Below, piece by piece: positions 15,498 to 29,271 of a DNA stretch of 64,000 bases. The stretch covers positions 93,186,001 to 93,250,000 of the forward strand of contig OX597821.1 of the NCBI GenBank assembly GCA_951406725.2, in the 5' to 3' direction. The position numbers and the translations under genes are program-made. The stretch is from Octopus vulgaris (lineage: Eukaryota). The notes below the pieces were generated by a model. It was not told the origin of the DNA, made no database searches, and saw only the letters and a list, made by a program, of their open reading frames with translations. The stretch's first letter is position 1. Each line of letters opens with the position of its first letter.

Positions 15498-15517
15498 TCA
15501 CATATATATATATATAC

Positions 15518-15551
<34 letters not shown>

Positions 15552-16794
15552 TCACATATATATGCATATATATATGTATATATATATATTTGCTATATAT
15601 ATATATATATACATATATATACATATGCATATATACATACTTAGATATGTGCGTTTGTGTGTGTGTATGTATGTATGTTTACTTGTGTGGGTATATGTGT
15701 ATGCATACAAATGTATATAATACAATCACACACAAAGCATACACATGGCATACCTATAAGCAGATAGATATCTAAGGAAAAAAATATACATAAAGAAAAT
15801 ACATAATTATACGCATAAACGTACACACACAGATATATATATATATGTATGCATGTATATACATACATATATACATATGTGTGTGTGTGTGCCACGCACA
15901 TACATATGTAAAAATGTATTCATACCTATATACATGTCTAAATATGTATTATATACACAGATTACTTTTAACGATACCATTTGAACTAATGTATATACAC
16001 ACATTCACAGACAAAAACTCCTAAAAACATGCCATTACGCACAGTTGTAAATATATATACATAGACACAAAATATTGCAATGAAAGGTGTTTTTCTTTCC
16101 TAGACAAGATGCCAGCCTTAATTTAAGTACTATGCAGATATCTATAAACATATTCATATTTGTACTTTTGTAAAACTATGCACAAACACAGAGAAATATA
16201 TTTACCCACACATATATTAAGGATTGAAGGGATGGTCGTGCAATTAAGTGCTTTACAAGCAATCTCGTAGTTTTGGATTCAATATCGCTGTACCTTAGGT
16301 AGATGTATCTTATACGATAGTCTTGGCTCGGCTAAAGTCATTCGGGTAAAATTCGTTAACAGAAATTCTGTAGAAGACACCATCAGAGGAATCGTTTCTG
16401 TTGAGCGATGGTAGATTTACTGAAGACTGAACAGAAAATGGTTAGACAAAGAGTTAATATGTTGTCAAACCATATATTGGTTTCAAATTTTGGCACAAGT
16501 CCTGTAAGTTCGGAGATGGGGCTAATTTGATTACATCATCCCCAGTGCTCAGATGTTACTTATTTTATTGACCGCGAAAGGGATTTGAACTCAGAACGTA
16601 AAGAATCCAAACCTACGAGATTAGCATTATGTCCGACACGCTAACGATTCTGCCAGCTCACCACCTTAGTCAACACATGTATTGATATGGTTATATGACA
16701 GAGGCGTTACAGCACTGGATCATTGCAGTATTTGTTCCGATTCTCCACCCTCTGAGTTCAATTCCCACCTATGTCGGCTTTAATGTCTGTTCTT

Positions 16795-17012
16795 GAGCTG
16801 GCAGAAGCTGTAGCACGCCGGGCGTAGCCGTATTTCGTCTGCCGCTACGTTGTGAGTTCAAATTCCGCCGAGGTCGACTTTGCCTTTCATCCTTTCGGGG
16901 TCGATAAATTAAGTACCAGTTACTCACTGGGGTAGATGTAATCGACTTTATCCCTTTGTCTGTTCTTGTTTGTCCCCTCTGTGTTTAGCCCCTTGTGGGC
17001 AATAAAGAAATA
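16795..17012 (+). mobile_element. SINE family B monomer (older related fragments at ~16480-16790)
   Basis: Matches 4533-4760. Confidence 0.85.
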
Positions 17013-17799
17013 TCTTTTAGAAGCAATAAGATGTCTTGTGGTATCTGTTCCAGCTTAATATGCTCTGACAGAAAACGTCTGTGATGACACTGGTGTCAAG
17101 CAGTATCGGTCTTCCTCTCTGTTTAACGTCGGTGATATGGAGAGTGAAGATTACTATGCATGGGAAACTGCCATTCTTTCTCGAAAACCTTTTTATAACA
17201 CTATATGTTACTGAATGACTAATTATCAATCATCTCTATGGATATAATTCACTGCCAATGATGAACGTTTCCCTTGCCTAATGAATTTCTTGTTGGTTGA
17301 ATAAAGACTAACTCTCGATAAGTAGATCTTCCCACGCTTATAACATTTGATACCACTCATAAAGAGTATTGCCTCTACAGTTCAGCTGCATTGTTAAGAG
17401 TTTGCATAGGACTGTAAACATTCCCGTAATGCAACTGTGCATATTTGAGAACTGCAGCAAGGAGAGAGTATCTACTAAAGAACCAATATGTAAACTTCAA
17501 ACTAACAGGTTCAAATTGAATTAATTCGTTACATATTTTCTGCAATTTACGTTTTTAACTACTTTTTATTTTATATTCAGGTAGTAAAAGGTTATTGCTA
17601 AGCTTCACAGTCTTAGTGTGAGATGTGTGTAGTGTGTGACTACTTCTCAAAGAAATTGATAAAAATTACGTAGTATTACTAAAAGGTGAGGAGATTTTGG
17701 TGGTGTCCAAAGGATGGCAAGAAGTGAGTAAAATCCACGAAGATATGGTGAAGTGCTTTAAAGCCAAATGTAACGGATTTGTGAAACTGTATGGCGGTT

Positions 17800-18207
17800 G
17801 ATATTGTTGTCAGAGATCATGAAGAAAAAAATGCTTTCCAATTGATGCATCAATACCAACAGATGACAACGTTTCTCTAAAATAAATAGAGAAACTTTCA
17901 AAATACAAAGGTCTGGAAACAGAGGTTGCTTGAATGTGGAGTCTAAAAACAGAGACAATTCCTATCATAGTGGGCACATTGGATATGATAAAAAAAATAT
18001 TCAGATAAATACATAACAAAAACACCTGGACTAACAAATATAATATAGCATACAAAAGATAGCATTACTAAGCACTGCACACATCCTATGTAAAACACTT
18101 TCAATATAGTAACCATAAGAGCATCACAGCATATACCCAAGGCACTCAGAGCTGCGCTCGGTGGTGCAGTGAAAGTACGTTATAAAAAAAGACTACTGAA
18201 TAATAAT
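17800..18207 (+). pseudogene. R4/Dong-like non-LTR retrotransposon 3' end (restriction-like endonuclease domain)
   Basis: DIVVRDHEEK-CFPIDASIPTDDNVSLK*IEKLSKYKGLETEVA*MWSLKTETIPIIVGTLDMIKK...QKIALLSTAHILCKTLSI* followed by a short UTR and an (AAT)n end. Confidence 0.8.
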
Positions 18208-18208
18208 G

Positions 18209-18422
18209 GTTTCAAATTTTGCCAACGAGAAGCGTTTTGGTGGGGAGGGAATAAGTCGATTAGATCGACCCCAGTATACAACCAGTACTTAATCTATCCA
18301 CCCCGAAAGGATGAAAGGCAAAGTCGACCTCGGCAGAATTTGAACTCAGAACGCAGTGACAGGCGCAATACCGCTAAGCATTACGTCCAGCATACTAACG
18401 ATTCTGCCAGCTCACTGCCTTA

Positions 18423-18502
<80 letters not shown>

Positions 18503-18732
18503 GGCTGAACCCGTGAAAAATTCACAGAAAACATAATAAAAAATATAAGCATCTGTAAACATAAGAAATGTTTGTACATTATGGCCGTCTGTCTTCACTT
18601 TCTGAGTTCAAATTCTGGTGAGATCGACTTTGCCTTTCGTCCTTTCGGGGTCGATAAATTAAGTATCAGTTGTGTACTGGAGTCGATATAATCAACTGGC
18701 CCCCTCCCCACAAAAAAATTCAGGCCTAGAAA
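18209..18732. mobile_element. Two older SINE B-related copies in opposite orientation (18209-18420 minus; 18570-18732 plus) around (TTA/TCA)n
   Basis: Core ggatgaaaggcaaagtcgacc / gactttgcctttcgtcctttcgggg. Confidence 0.75.
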
Positions 18733-19699
18733 AGTATATTGTGACAGGTACAGAATATAGAAAGTAATGTAACACCAATGACTATATAATCCAACCAAAA
18801 TATCTCAGTTATACAAACGTAAACGGAATTACTATTTAACCTTAAAATACATCGTGCATATTCGAAGAACCTTAATGTATAAATTGAAATGCAAAAGAAC
18901 GAAATAATAAATGGATTTATGAGTGAAAGTTTGGTAATTGCGTTTATTTCCACCACGTGACACTTATTATTGCAAACATGCTTTAACTAACCTAAACTAT
19001 ACACACATACATATTCATATATATATATATATGTCTCGTGTTGTAGCTGTAATTTGAAGGGGCCAACCTTGTCATAATCTGTGGGAGGCCGAATCTCCCT
19101 AAGAACTACGTTAATGTTATGCATGTCTGTAGAGTACTCAGCTATTTGTGAGTTAATTTTATCCTTGTGTGGTAATGAAAAGTGAAATTGACATCCAATA
19201 TTTGCTGTGTCTATGTATCTATGTATGATCTTTTCTTTGGATTTATGTATCTACTGTCTTTCTCACTTTCTCTCTTCCTCTTTCACTTCCTTTGTGTCCC
19301 TCTTCTCTCCCGCTTTTGAATTAAGAATGTGCGCATGTATCTATGTATTTACTTCTCTTGCTATGTGATAAACGTTTAAAAACACAAAACGAACGCCGTC
19401 ACCACTCACTGTCTCTTTCACTCTCTCTCTCACTCTCTCTCACTCACTCTCTCTCTCTCTCTCTCCCTCTCTTTCTTTCTCTCTTACGTCCTCTCTGAAA
19501 CATGTAAAAACACAAAACGAACGCCGTCACCATTCACTGTCTCTTTCATTCTCTGTTTCTCTCTCACTCTCTCACTTTGTCTCTCACTCTTTCTTTTTGT
19601 CCTCCTCTCTCTCGCTTTGCCACTTCTTTGAAGTAAATGTGACGCACACAATAGGTACGTGCAAAAACAAGTTAGCATATTAATATTATTGATAATAAT

Positions 19700-19912
19700 C
19701 TTTTCTACTCTAGGCACAAGGCCCGAAATTTGGTGGGAGGGGGTCAGTCGATAAGAACGACCCCAGTGTGCATCTAGTACTTAATTTATCAACACCGAAA
19801 GGATGAAAGGCAAAGTCGGCCTCGGCAGAATTTTAACTCAGAACGTAGCAGTGAGCAAAATACTGCTAAACATTCCGTCCAGCATGCTAACGATTCTGCT
19901 GGCTCACCACCT
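19700..19912 (-). mobile_element. SINE B-related copy (another fragment at ~20400-20545)
   Basis: aaggatgaaaggcaaagtcggcctcggcagaattttaactcagaacg...gctaacgattctgctggctcacc. Confidence 0.75.
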
Positions 19913-20009
19913 TCATACAATCATAATAATAATAATAATAATAATAATGATGATGATGATGATCATGATCATGATGATGATGATGATGATAATAATAATA
20001 ATAATAACC

Positions 20010-20109
<100 letters not shown>

Positions 20110-20580
20110 TAATAATAAGTTAGTTTAGTTTAATGGCCTACCAATGTATACTATGAGTTTCTTTGCCCTAGGATTCGGGAAGATACTCGGCAAGAAATGG
20201 AAGCAAATTTGAAAGAAGAAGAAAAAAAAAAAATAATAATAATAATAATAATAATAAAACTGCATAAAAACTGTCTGCCTGAAGTCCTTGCTGTTTTTTT
20301 TTATGACAGACAGTACAAGCCCCCTGTATACACAATATCTTCAATCTACACACCATCATAATATTGGATACTATGCGATGTTCTGCATAGTAATAAACCC
20401 TTTTACAATAGGCACAAGGCCTGAGATTTTATGAGAGGGGTTATCAATTGCATCAATCAAAGTGCTCAACTGGTACTTATTTTTTTCAACTCTGAAAGGA
20501 TGAAAGCAAAGTCGACCTTAGTGGAATTTGATCTCAGAGCATAAATAAAGATAGACAATTCTAATAATTTTGTCAGCTCA

Positions 20581-20581
<1 letters not shown>

Positions 20582-20633
<52 letters not shown>

Positions 20634-20844
20634 AAGAAGAAGAAGAAGAAGAAGAAGAAGAAGAAGAAGAAGAAGAAGAAGAAGAAGAAGAAGAAGAAGA
20701 AGAAGAAGAAGAAGAAGAAGAAGAAGAAGAAGAAGAAGAAGAAGAGAGAAGAAGAAGAAGAAGAAGAAGAAGAAGAAGAAGAAGAAGAAGAAAGAAGAAG
20801 AAGAAGAAGAAGAAGAAGAAGAAGAAGAAGAAGAAGAAGAAGAA

Positions 20845-20892
<48 letters not shown>
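20582..20892. repeat. (TAA)n followed by about 260 bp of near-pure (GAA)n
   Basis: Directly visible. Confidence 0.98.
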
Positions 20893-21584
20893 CATAAAAA
20901 TAAATTGTTCTATTTATCACAGAGGCAATGGTTGAAAGGATATGACAAGAACAAATTGCAAAAAATGATGGCACATTTTTTTTTTGTTTTTTAGTTTTAT
21001 TTTTGCAGAACTGATTATGAAAGACCAGGCATGGAAAAGAACGGTATACAATAAAATCAGCACACACATTTAGAAATTTTTTTTTTTTAGGCTTATGGAA
21101 GTGCAAACCAGTGAAGCTTTCATGGAATGTGGCGTTGATAAAATCTGGAGTGATGGACAGAAGTCCTTTATCCCTTCCGTCATTCACTCTTAGCACATCA
21201 TTACCTGATTAGAGATACTCTTGTTCCTTTGATCTTTATACAGACATTGGTATTTGATGCTGAATGAGAACTGTCTGTTTGTTTGTTGTGATTTTAGACC
21301 CATTTTTATCATTCTGTCAATGAGTGAAGTAGACAGAGAAGGGTGTAAATGTGTGGACATTTACATATTGGTAAAGAACCAAAAGTTTGATTGGTTTATT
21401 TATTTATTTATTTTGCTATTCTTATTTCTGAATGACCTTTCTCTCACTAATGAATCAGATGCGAAATATTTGTAGTTTGCCAAGAAAAGCGACAAGTAGA
21501 GTCATATACCTTGCCTAAGGTGTAGATCTTAACAAACAGTAGTTTACAGAACCTTGACTTCCCACCTCATAAAGGAAACATGTG

Positions 21585-22241
21585 GGGGTGTGCTGAAAAG
21601 TTCCTGGCTTTGGGTTAAAAGAAAATACAGGAGAATCAGTTACTCTTTACTGTTTTACTCTTTTACTTGTTTCAGTCTTTTGCCTGCAGCCATGCTGGAG
21701 CACTGCCTTTAGTCAAACAAATCGACCCCAGGACTTATTCTTTAGAAGCCTAGTACTTATTCTGTCGGTCTCCTTTGCCAAACCACTATGTTACAGGGAT
21801 GTAAACATACCACCATTCATTGTCAAGCGATGTTGGGGGAGACAAACACTGACACACAAACATATATACACACATACATACATACATATATATATATATA
21901 TTTATATACATATATACAACGGGCTTCTTTCAGTTTCCATCTACCAAATCCACCCACAAGGCTTTGGTCAGCCCAAGGCTATAGTAGAAGACACTTGCCC
22001 AAGGTGCCATGCAGTGGGACTGAACTCGGAACCATGTGGTTGGCAAGCAAGCTACTTACCACTCAGCCACTCCTGCACCTATAATTATGATTTTATTCAA
22101 TGCATTCCCCTCACAGATTCACACTCTTATTGCAGCACTTCTTCAGTTTTTCTAATCCCTGTGAAACAACTTGGAAAATTCGGCCCCTAGGCAGGCCTTC
22201 TGTGGTACCCCTAAAGTCAGGAACCTTTCAGTACTCACTTC
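21585..22241. mobile_element. Tc1/mariner-type MITE, split by a SINE A insertion
   Basis: TIRs ggggtgtgctgaaaagttcctggcttt / aaagtcaggaacctttcagtactcac; the halves join into the sequence seen intact at 53782-54025. Confidence 0.75.
21641..22080 (-). mobile_element. SINE family A nested in the MITE
   Basis: Reverse complement of the family A sequence. Confidence 0.88.
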
Positions 22242-23270
22242 AAATAGTGCAGTATTGCTGTGTTTGTTAGTGTAGTAATACAAAGTGTTAGGTTTGAGTC
22301 TCATTCTAACTAGAACTGTAACAACTAACAATTTTAAATGAATACAAATATATAATCAATGTATGCTACTAAAACATTTCTACACTATTTCTAAGCAGAA
22401 ACTAATGGCTGCGGGGAAGAGCAATTGGCAATCCTCCTTTGTGTGATATCTGACCATAATCAATGGCATGACATGAGAAGAGCTCTACTACATTGACTTG
22501 CTCATCATTCACTACAGAAAATAAATGGAAAAAAGTCTTCGATAATAACCTTATAACATTATAAAGGTTATGGAATGCTTCAGAAAATTCTATTTATTTT
22601 AGATTTACACTGAATTTCAATCAGTTTTATCTTCAATCCTCATCATGTGTATGATTCTGGGAACAACGAACTTAGTTAAGAATAACACAGATAGTGTAAA
22701 TATAAATAGTGTAAATATACATGCTAAAGATGGGGTTAATTAGTCTGTAAAATGATCATCTTAATAACAATAACTCATCTCACAACTTTAGACATGTAAT
22801 TAGATTTAACTGATTCACAAAGTTAAAAATAACATGATTTCTTACACAGACATGAACTCTTAGAAGTTTGATGGACGAAAAATATGAGAATTAAAATATT
22901 ATCATAGAAGCAGCTTTAAATTAGATTTAATATAAAGCTGCAGATATACTGTTGCATCACAGATATGCTGTTGCATCATAGAAACTTTGTAATACTGGTA
23001 AAAATAACACTGCCAAACATAGCCGTGAAGAGTGATTTTTTTCTGATGGAAAAATGCTATTTGTTTCAAGCAGTATGACACATGAAGTTTCAGATCTTGC
23101 AAGACTTCAGTTATTGGTTTCTAGTATATGTACACAACCACACATTTGGTAGAATGATAAAAAGAATTTTTTAAATAAATTCAAGACCTAGAAGCAAAAT
23201 CTACCGTTAAGAAGCCAGAAAACTAAAATTTTAATATGTAAGAAAGTATTTTTTTACCTATATATATATA

Positions 23271-23475
23271 TCTGTAAATTAATATGTTACCATTATTCAA
23301 TAGCCAAGATAAAACTCTGAGTTTTGGATGCCGAAGTGGAAATCCACAACACCATCTCTTCGGTTATCTGGCCATCTTGGCTATTGAATAATGGTAACAT
23401 TAATTTACAGATAAATTTCCTCTATTTACATATTATTGAGGTCTCTTTCTTTCTTTTGTTATCTTACCGTTTTTA

Positions 23476-23479
<4 letters not shown>
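23271..23479 (-). mobile_element. Family H1 short element in (TA)n; hammerhead-like core 23307-23369 within ~40-bp inverted arms
   Basis: tctgtaaattaatatgttaccattattcaatagccaagat ... atcttggctattgaataatggtaacattaatttacaga; GAAA is mutated to AAAA. Confidence 0.75.
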
Positions 23480-23515
<36 letters not shown>

Positions 23516-23778
23516 CCTCATAACATCATCATTTATGCTGTTATGAGGAAAATGGTCGTGCTTAAAATGCTGAAAAGGGATTGGTAGAAACTCTATACAA
23601 AGAACACATAGCAAACTGCAAATACATGAGAAGTGTAATGAGAACATAGGCAAGCTAAGAGAAAATATGCTTCATATGTGGCAGCAACTCAGGGCAGTTA
23701 GCAGTGACAGTAAATGTGAAATAAACACGTTTAATTGCTTGAAGGTCTCGTTAGTAGTAGATAGCTATTGTTATATAT

Positions 23779-24243
23779 ATTTCTTTATTGCCTACAAGGG
23801 GTTAAACATAGAAGGGACAAACAAGGACAGACAAAGGGGTTAAGTTGATTATATCGACCCCAGTGCATAACTGGAACTTTATTTATCGACCCCAAAAAGG
23901 ATGAAAGGCAAAGTCGACCTCGGCAGGATTTGAACTCAGAACGTAACAGCAGACGAAGTACTGCTAAGCATTTCGTCCGGCATGCTAACGTTTCTGCCAG
24001 CTTGCCGCTTTCAAATTAAGAATTCCATGGCTAGATATATATTTCTTTACTACCCACAAAGGGTTAAACACAAAGAGGACAAACAAGGACAGACAAACGG
24101 ATTAAGTCGATTATATCAACCCCAGTGCATAACTAGTACTTTATTTATCGACCCCAAAAGGATGAAAGGCAAAGTTGACCTCGGTGGAATTTGAACTCAG
24201 AACGTAACAGCAGATGAAATACCGCTAGACATTTCACCAGGCG
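23779..24243 (-). mobile_element. Two adjacent SINE family B copies (23779-24010, 24040-24243)
   Basis: Reverse complement of family B. Confidence 0.85.
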
Positions 24244-25409
24244 TCATGTAAATGGATTCACTAGATGGAAACTGAAAGCAACCTGTCATGTGTGTGTGTG
24301 TATTTATATTTTTCCGAATTTGTGTAAATGTTATAGAATAATATATATCAGTTTAATAAAGTTACAAACAACATGGTCTGATTTTCAGGTTTTTATTATT
24401 GTATTTAAAAAAAAATTTTATAATGTTGAAGAGTGTTAAACATTAAAAAAAAATATTTTGTAACGTTCATAAAGTTCAATTAGTGCTTTCATGCGTTCGT
24501 AGTAATCATCAGATTTCAAAATGTATTCACTGACAGTTGAGTGGAATGCTTAACAACTGTAGTAAAATGACTGACTTCTTACTTTTTATACCTTTTAGAA
24601 GGCTCTGACAAACTGAATTCTTCGAATACAGTTTTGGTGGTGGTGGTGGTGGTGGTGGTGGTGGTGAGGATGATGATGATGATAGGAGGAGGAGGAGGAG
24701 GATGGTGATGATGATGATGGTGATGACGACGATGACGACGAAGAGGAGGATGATGACAATGACAATAATGATGTTGATAATGGTGATGGTAATGATGATG
24801 ATGACAATGATGACAGTGTTGATAATGACGACGACAACGATGAGGAAGGGAGGGGGATAATGGTTGTGATGATATTTGTGGTGGTAGTGGTGATGGTGGT
24901 GATGATGGTGATGGTGGAGGTGATGATGATGATATTAATGATGATGGTAACAGTGGCAACAACAACCACAATGACAATGGTAGCTGCAGTGGCAGCACAG
25001 AAGGAGTAAGAGGAGGAGGAAAGAGGAAACAGAGCGAAGTAGGGTAGAACAGAAGAGAGAGAGGGACGAACAGACAGACAGATGAGGAGGTTAAGAAGGA
25101 GGAGGAGAGAGAGACAGAGGGATGGAGGAACCAACTAAGAGAGGAAGTGATGAGAGAGGGGGAGGAGTAGGCTATAGTAATTTGTAACAGGAAAAATTTG
25201 AATTAAGAATGCAAAGAAACATCAATAATTACCACAAGGCACAACATCCATATTTATGCTCCACTGATTTTCTGCCGATGCAGCATCCTGTCCAAAAGAG
25301 ATTGAAGATTATTCAAAAGGAAACAGTGTCCATGCCTTTTCCAATATTATTATGGCGGTGCCCCAGCATGGCCACAGCTCATAAGCTGAAATTGGAAAAA
25401 TCAAATCAA

Positions 25410-25448
<39 letters not shown>

Positions 25449-25451
<3 letters not shown>

Positions 25452-25847
25452 CGCAGGAGTGGCTGTGTGGTAAGTAGCTTGCTAACCAACCACATGGTTC
25501 CGGGTTCAATCCCACTGCGTGGCACCTTGGGCAAGTGTCTTCTGCTATAGCCCCGGGCCGACCAATGCCTTGTGAGTGGATTTGGTAGACGGAAACTGAA
25601 AGAAGCCTGTTGTATATATGTATATATATGTATATATGTGTATGTGTGTGTGTTTGTCCCCCTAGCATTGCTTGACAACAGATGCTGGTGTGTTTACGTC
25701 CCCGTCACTTAGCGGTTCGGCAAAAGCGACTGATAGAATAAGTACTGGGCTTACAAAGAATAAGTCCCGGGGTCGAGTTGCTCGACTAAAGGTGGTGCTC
25801 CAGCATGGCCGTAGTCAAATGACTGAAACAAGTAAAAGAGTAAAGAG
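25449..25847 (+). mobile_element. SINE family A, full length, in (TA)n
   Basis: Near-identical to 2848-3230. Confidence 0.9.
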
Positions 25848-26708
25848 TATATATATATATATATATATATATATGAGCATGTATAACTGTACCTGAAACT
25901 GAATGTATAAACATAATCAAGCTACCACTTACTAAAACCCAGCATAGCAGTTCTGAAGCATTCATTAAAAAAGGCCAAAGGTCAGAACATTCATTAAAGT
26001 TTTCTGTGAAGCTTCGTAAAACTCTCCCTAGGAGTCCATAGAATGATTGGCAAGACCTTTAAGACTCTGTTAAAGCTTCAATTAGTCATTAACTCTTTCA
26101 GGAGCTAACAGCTTTTAAAACTACAGGACGTTTCTCCAGGCAAGCTGTTATATTTTGCCAATGGAATTTATTACTGAAAACTGTCTTGTATATTTTTTCT
26201 ATGTTGTTTTTATTGAGGTTATTTTTCTTCTTTTCAATTCGTGTATGTTTATTTTATTTTGTGTGTGTTTTTTTGTTTGTTTTTTTTTTGGTTTCTTTGT
26301 TTTGTTTTGTTTGTTTTTTTTAATGCATAAAAATGTATCAAAAATCAACCAATGAAAAATCTTGCTTGAAGCTTTGTTGATTGGTTCATTTGAAATGAAA
26401 GTAGGGAAGAAGAAGAAGAAGAAGAAGAAAAAACAGGTTTAATACACAATTCGTGTGAGATTGTGAGTATGAATATACATACACCATACTTTCATACATA
26501 CATACATACTATAGTCATTCAAACACACGCACGAACACATATATTTGCATGTGTATCTGTGTAAGAACTTGAATGCGTGTGCATGTGTGTGTGTGTGTGT
26601 GTAAATGTGAACAGATAAAAGTATGAATGAATGTACATGCAAAAATAAATATGCATAATTTGAATATATGTAAAATTTTTAAATACATCCATACACACAA
26701 CCATACAT

Positions 26709-26709
<1 letters not shown>

Positions 26710-26781
<72 letters not shown>

Positions 26782-26783
26782 CT

Positions 26784-26845
<62 letters not shown>

Positions 26846-26847
26846 CT

Positions 26848-26901
<54 letters not shown>

Positions 26902-26925
26902 CTGGTAGACAGACAGATAGATAGG

Positions 26926-26997
<72 letters not shown>

Positions 26998-27043
26998 CTG
27001 GTAGACAGATAGATAGATACATAGATGGATGGATAGATAGATA
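26710..27043. repeat. (GATA)n microsatellite with recurring GACTG interruptions
   Basis: Directly visible. Confidence 0.95.
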
Positions 27044-28078
27044 GGGAAATATATGTGCGTGTGTATATGTACATATGTGCCTACATACATATAGATATAT
27101 ACAAATATACACACATACATGCGTATGTATATATGCTTATATATGTGTAGATGTTTGTGAATGCAAAATATCATCATCAGCATCATCGTTGCTATTATCA
27201 CATGGCTGTATAAACAAAATTTGTGTATAAAATGAATGTTTTACCCTTGTGATATACTGACATCCCATTTACTCAACATGCGTCCACTTGTCAAAACACA
27301 CACACACATACACACTCCTTCTCTTTCTCCTTCTCTCTCTCTCTTTCTCTGTCTCTCTCTCTCGCTCACTCACTCTCTCAATCAATCAATCAACCTATAT
27401 TCACTCACCTTTTTCCAAATTTTCACCATGTCTATTTATCCCATTCCACACCTCCTCACACTACCACCACCACATCTCGCTCCTTTCTCATTCATTCGTT
27501 TCCTTTTAAAAAGACACTCTTTTTTTTTCCTCCTTCAAATGAAAAATTTTTCTTAAGGTTTCAAACAGCTTTTATTTTCTTTAGTAATTTATGCTACTGT
27601 ATCATTTCATATATATTTTCTTGTTTCTTTTTCCCAAACAGTTTCCTTATTTTTTCCTCCTTTTCACTCATTATATCTCAATTTTTCTAACTGCATTTAT
27701 TTTGTCTTTTCGCCTTTTACTCATCACATCAGTTTTTTCAACTTCATCATTGTATCTCTTGTTCTACATTATCCTTACATTAAAAATAGTCCTTACTGCC
27801 ATTTCAGTTGGCAAAATAAACTAGTATTTAACATCATTCTTTTCAGCTTTTACCATATCCATGTGTATGTGTGTGTGTGTGTCTTTTATCTTTGACTTCT
27901 TTCAGTTATTAGACTGCAGCCATGCTAGGGAACCGCCTTCAAGAATTTTTACTAAAATGAATTAACTCCAGTATTCTGTTTTCTTTAAGCCTGGTATTAT
28001 TCTATCAATCTCTTTTGCCAAACCACTAAGTTACAGGGATGTAAGTACAGCAGCACTACTTGTCAAGCAGTAGTAGGA

Positions 28079-28111
<33 letters not shown>

Positions 28112-28114
<3 letters not shown>

Positions 28115-28274
28115 CGCAGGAGTGGCTGTGTGTTAAGTAGCTTGCTTACCAACCACATGGTTCAGGGTTCAGCCCTACTGTGTGGTACCTTGGGCACGTG
28201 TGCTCTACATTAGCCTCGAGCTGACCAAAGCCTTCTGAGTGGATTTGGTAGATGGAAACTGAAAGAAGCCCATC

Positions 28275-28278
<4 letters not shown>
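28112..28278 (+). mobile_element. SINE family A 5' half (older fragments at ~27885-28080, 28515-28655, 30155-30303)
   Basis: Matches the family A head and ends in the internal (TA)n. Confidence 0.8.
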
Positions 28279-28365
<87 letters not shown>

Positions 28366-28988
28366 TGTATGTATATATATATATCTTTCACACGTTCTGA
28401 ATATGCAAGGTGACTGTAACTCACACTCACACACACACATGCACACAGAAACACACACGTAAATACACATGCACAAACGCACATACACACACACATTCTC
28501 ACATAAGTATGCATAATTCAGTTTTCATCTAACAAATCCACTAAGACTTTGGTTATCCCAGAGTTCTAGTGGAGAGACACTTACTCAAAGATGCAATACA
28601 GTGAAACTGAACCAAGAACCTTGTGGCTGGGAAGCAGACTTCTTCCCTCTACCTATGTCTATATGTGTGTGTGTGTGTATGTGTGTGTGTGTGTGGTTGT
28701 ATGTGTGTGTGTGTGGGTGTGGGTTTATATGTGTGTGTGTGTGTAGTAAGGAGATAAGAAATGGTTGGGTATGAGTGATACAGAGAGATTACAAGATGAT
28801 TGAAGTGAATGGGATGATGGGTGTATATACAGGCATGGCTATGAGGTGAGAAGCTTGTTTCCCAAGCACATGGATCATGGATCTGGGTTCAGTCCTACTA
28901 TGTGGCACCTTGGGTAGGTGTTTTCTGTTGTAGCCTCGACAAAGCCTTGTGAGTGAATTTGGTAAATGAAGGCCATCGTATATATATT

Positions 28989-29040
<52 letters not shown>

Positions 29041-29044
<4 letters not shown>

Positions 29045-29256
29045 TAAAAACGGTAAGATAACAAAAGAAAGAAAGAAAGAGACCTCAATATTATGTAAAT
29101 AGAGCGAATTTATTTGTAAATTAATATGCTACCATTATTCAATAGCCAAGATGGTCAGATAACCGAAGAGATGGTGTTGTGGATTTCCCCTTCGGCATCC
29201 GAAACTCAGAGTTTTATCTTGGCTATTGAATAATGGTAATATATTAATCTACAGAC
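29041..29256 (+). mobile_element. Family H1 short element in (TA)n; hammerhead-like core 29157-29219
   Basis: agataa-CCGAAGA-gatg...catc-c-GAAA-ctcagag-TT-ttatct, inside long inverted arms. Confidence 0.75.
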
Positions 29257-29271
29257 ATATATATATATATA

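Noticed and set aside
17017-17460. Possible RTE reverse-transcriptase relic on the minus strand (GRST- and VKQ-like words)
   Set aside because: Too decayed to support without an alignment.
21009-21193. Acceptor-like sites followed by short open frames
   Set aside because: The implied intron is very short and the peptides are unrecognised.
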